A DNA stretch of 64,000 nucleotides, taken from the human T2T-CHM13v2.0 reference genome, Homo sapiens. The stretch lies in assembly GCF_009914755.1 (NCBI RefSeq), contig NC_060937.1. One strand, given 5' to 3'. The first letter of the stretch is position 1. Every line of letters starts with the position of its first letter. Below the pieces are notes generated by a model. It was not told the origin of the DNA and did not search any database. It saw nothing but the letters and a program-made list of their open reading frames with translations. This document shows positions 60,181 to 64,000 of the stretch, one piece after another. Position numbers and translations under genes: made by a program.

Positions 60181-61877
60181 TACAGAACCTCAACTTCATA
60201 GAGAATGGCAAGCAGGAAGGGTGCCACAGCTCCATGAGTACTCCTGGAAAGCAGACAACAAGCCTTAAGACAGTTACTTACTCACGGCACAGAAAACAGC
60301 AGCAGCGTAATTGTGCCAGTTTGCCTCGTCCTCAAGTCCCATAAAGAGCCTAGATAGATGCTCGGCCTGCAGGGGGTTGCACAGCGGTAGAGGGACCCAG
60401 GATTAAGGCCCAGAACCCTTCGTAGCAAATAGCAAACAAGTCAGTCCATGTCTCCAGGGGAGCAAGAAGTCACACCGCAATCAAGCTATGGTTGCCTCCA
60501 TGTATTAGTTGCCTTCTTTACCAGCTATAGAAACTGCTCACATTTAAGGAAAGAATAATCCTTGCAGTTTGGCACATGCAGCAGTAAGCAGGAAGGCTCA
60601 GAGCCCACAGCCGACTTTCTCCCCCAACAGTGATAACAGGGAAGCTTGTGGAAATTGGTTAGATCCAGCATATATTTTAAAAACAGCTGATAGGATTTCC
60701 TTTTAGATTCCAATGTTGCCATTGGGAATTCCTATGCCATTCTTTGTGACAATCCTTGTTTTTACTATCATTTTTTTTTATTTTGGTAGTAAAAATACAT
60801 TCATCTCATTAGTTAAGTTAGTTGTCTCATTGATGTATGCTTGGTGCCTAGATGGGCACCTGATGCCGATCTGATGTAAGTGTTACTTGCTGTAAGTGTT
60901 CAGTAAATTATCTTATGACTGACCAAATGAAATCAGTTTAACTGTTAGCCTTATTATCAGTATATAAAAATACTCTCAGTGGAACCAAGTAGTGCACTAT
61001 GATATATTTCTTTTTACATGGGACAATTTTCTTTTGCTTGGGTCAATCATTGCCTCATTTTTCTCTGCTCAGGTGACTAAATCTCATCACGAATTGATCC
61101 TGGACTCTCTACCACAAGTTTAACTGTCTTCCCCAAATAGCCAAACATATAGCATAATCCTCAGATTCATTTTCTTAGAGACACCTGTACTCGAGCCCTC
61201 AGTTCTCTTGCACTGATATATACACATTATTTTCTGCACTTCTTGTACATCTCTTTCCTGGGGTTCTCATCTGGGAAACCCCTTAATTCTTGCAGTTGAT
61301 TTACATCCTCCAGAACATGGCTGAAAGGCTGGAAAATGGTCTATGGGAGAGACACTTTGAGGCCTACCATGTCTGAGCTATCTTTACAATATGTTAGCAC
61401 CTGACTGGACCTGAGAGATTGGTTGAGTACAGTACTTTCGAAATCAGTTTCCTTCAAAATTCTAAGGTTTGTTTTGTCTTTTAGATTCCAGTGTCACCAC
61501 TGAGAATTCCTATGCCATTCTTTGTGACAATCCTTGTATATTACCTGTTTTACCCCCTTCAGGATTATGTATTGATCACCTATATTGTAACAGTCCACAA
61601 CTATGTTTCATTTTGTGTGTTGGTCATTCAGTGAATTATTCTTTTAGTAATTCCCTTCCGTGTGTGTGTTTTGTTTTTTTTTTATTTTTCTCCTCAGAGC
61701 TCCTACTATTTAAATTTTAGATGGTCTGGACTTGTCCTCTAAATTTATTCTATTTTTTCTCCTAATTTTCATCTCTTTGCCCTTTGTTCCACTTTTGTTC
61801 CACTTTCTGGGAGATTTTCTTCCCAGGAAATCTTTACAGTTCAAACCTTCTACTGACTTTTTCCTGCTGTCATACAT

Positions 61878-62320
61878 TGTTATGAGTTGCATTATGTCCC
61901 CTAAAAAGGTATGTTGAAGTCCTTACCCCCAATGCCTCAGAAGGTGACTTTATTTGTGAACAGGGTCTTTGTAGATAGAATCGAGTTAAGATGAGGTAAT
62001 AGGGTGGGGTCTAATCCAATATGACTGGTGTCCTTATAGGAAGAAGATAGAGACAAACAGGGAGAACAACATGTAATGGCAGAGGCAGAGATTGCATCGA
62101 TGCAGCCGCAAGCTAATAAATGCCGAAGACTGACAGCCACCACCAGGAGCAAGGAAGAGGTAGGGAAGGTTCTGCTCAGAGTCTCAGAGGGAGCATAGCC
62201 CAGCTGACACCTTCATATTCCAATTCTAGCTTCCAAAACTATGAGAAAATAAATTTTGGTTGCTTTAAGCCTCCCATTTTGTGGTAATTTGTTATTGCAG
62301 CCCTAGGAAAATATTACGTA
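61878..62320 (+). mobile_element. MLT1C (MaLR) LTR within old L1M sequence
   Basis: TGTTATGAGTTGCATTATGTCCCC...CTAATCCAATATGACTGGTGTCCTTATA...GCAGCCCTAGGAAA. Confidence 0.9.
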
Positions 62321-62421
62321 GATGTAATGTCCAAGATCTCTTGTCAAACTTTCTTCTTTTTTTTAAATTTACATTGTATGTTTCCTCAAAGATTCCTCCT
62401 CTCCCCTCCTCTCCTCTCCTC

Positions 62422-62704
62422 TTTTCTTTTCTTTTCTTTCTCAGGGTCTTGTTCTCTTGCCCAGGCTGGAGTGCAGGGACATGATCATAGCTCACTATAG
62501 CTTTGAATGCCTGGCCGATCCTCATGCCTCAGCCTCCCAAGTATCTGGGACTACAGACACTCACCACTAGGACTGGCTGATTTTTTTTTTTTTCATAGAC
62601 ACTGAGTCTTGCTATGTTGTCCAGGCTGGCCTCAGACTCTTGGTCTCAAACAATCCTCCCACCTCAGCCTTCCAAAGTGTTGGGATTATGGATGTGAGCC
62701 AGCC
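62422..62704 (-). mobile_element. AluJ
   Basis: Diverged dimer with CATAGCTCACTATAGC and CAATCCTCCCACCTCAGCC. Confidence 0.9.
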
Positions 62705-62767
62705 TTCCTTCCTTCCTTCGTTCCTTCGTTCCTTCCTTCTCCCTTCCTTCCTTCCTTCTTTCCTTCC
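62703..62767. repeat. (CCTT)n simple repeat
   Basis: Direct reading. Confidence 0.92.
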
Positions 62768-63266
62768 AATTTGTTCTGTTTGGTCTCTGTCTTCCACATT
62801 AATGGTGTTTTACAAATGTCTGATGCTGTTAGTCACCCATTCGATTTCAAGACTATCACTCTAAAACATTGATTAGAAGTCCCTTGTTATGGGCAGGGCT
62901 CATTGAGAGTGACGGGCTGAAAGGCTCCCTTGGGGAAGCTTGGGTCCAGTGCCTGAAGTATCAGTTATTAGTAGATCTCTTTTCTTGGTAAATTTCATCG
63001 GAAAGTCGCTCTTTAATTTTCTGCCTGGGAGTGAGGCTGTGAGTGAGGGAGTTAAGGGTTTCCCTTTTTGTATGAAAGGGTCCCCAGGACTAGTGCACCT
63101 CCCACGCAGTCTCCTCCAGCCTTCTGCCAGGCTGGGGCAGGGTAATTACCTAGTTCAGGGGGACTGAGGAGGGATCTAGGGGTTTAACTGCTTCTGTTAC
63201 AGATTTTCAATCAATTTTCTGTTTTTAGCTTCTTCTGTGCCCATTTTCAGAGGTGACTCGTGCTTC

Positions 63267-63901
63267 TGAAGTGGTGTCCTTGTCTGGGGTAAATACCCGA
63301 GGTTCATCATCTCATGCCAGGGAAATCGAGGACGCAGATACACAAGAAGTGAGTTTAAGGCCAGAGGTTTAATGGAAGAAAGAAAGAGAATAGTTCTCTC
63401 CCCTGCAGAGAGAAAGGGGCTGCTGAGTGGGTCTTTGGTTCTGAGGTGAAATGCACGGGTTTTTATATATCAGCTTGAAGAGGCAGTGTCTGATTTACAT
63501 AGGTCCCAGAGGATTGGTTGGGCCAGGTGTGCCATTTACATAGCGTTGAAGAGGCTGGCCATCTCCCACCCTAATATTTTATTATGCAGATGGTGTCTCT
63601 ACCTGGCTGGCGCCTTGTTGCCTGCTTTTTTACTGCACATATGGTGTCAAAGAAAAGGGAAGGGGGAACTTCCATGTTGAATATGCCCGGCCCCCGGGGT
63701 AGCCTTTTCCTTTTGGGAGAGCTGCCCACATTAAACTATGCAAGCTTCCAGCTTTCTTATTTATGTCTGCAGCCTGATTTTACCGGCTGCTCTTTGTTAG
63801 AAAAGAAATGATTTGGGGGCTGCTTTTTGTCACAAGGAAAGCCTTATCGAAGACTCTCTTACCCTAACTGCCTAAATAATTTCTTTTTAACTCCTGTATC
63901 A
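63267..63901 (-). mobile_element. ERV1 solo LTR (LTR9-like), complete
   Basis: Reverse complement starts TGATACAGGAGTTAAAAAGAAATTATTTAGGCAG; perfect 4-bp TSD CTTC on both sides. Confidence 0.87.
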
Positions 63902-64000
63902 CTTCTACTTCCTCTGTATCTGGAGTTCTGCAAAACGACTCGTTTTGCTTCTGGCCTTCACTAGGATTTCTCAACAGTGCTGTGTTAGGTTTCAAAATTT

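Overview
Primate (human-like) non-coding genomic DNA dominated by interspersed repeats: 15 Alu copies (14 on the minus strand), many L1, L2 and MIR fragments, ERV1/ERVL/MaLR LTRs, the 3' end of a decayed ERV1 provirus with a recognisable env transmembrane remnant, and several DNA-transposon MITEs. I found no intact protein-coding gene, RNA gene or CRISPR array; the ORF track is explained by repeats and chance. I cannot support a new biological system here. The best unexplained signals are structural: (1) a ~97%-identical, partly inverted templated copy of nearby DNA inserted into an LTR with twin-priming geometry (47458-47802); (2) three more local duplications within the next 14 kb; (3) an MLT1B LTR split into two oppositely oriented halves, suggesting an old ~1.4-kb inversion; (4) a divergently oriented pair of strong CTCF motifs. 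Repeat subfamily names come from recalled consensus sequences and old-repeat boundaries are approximate.
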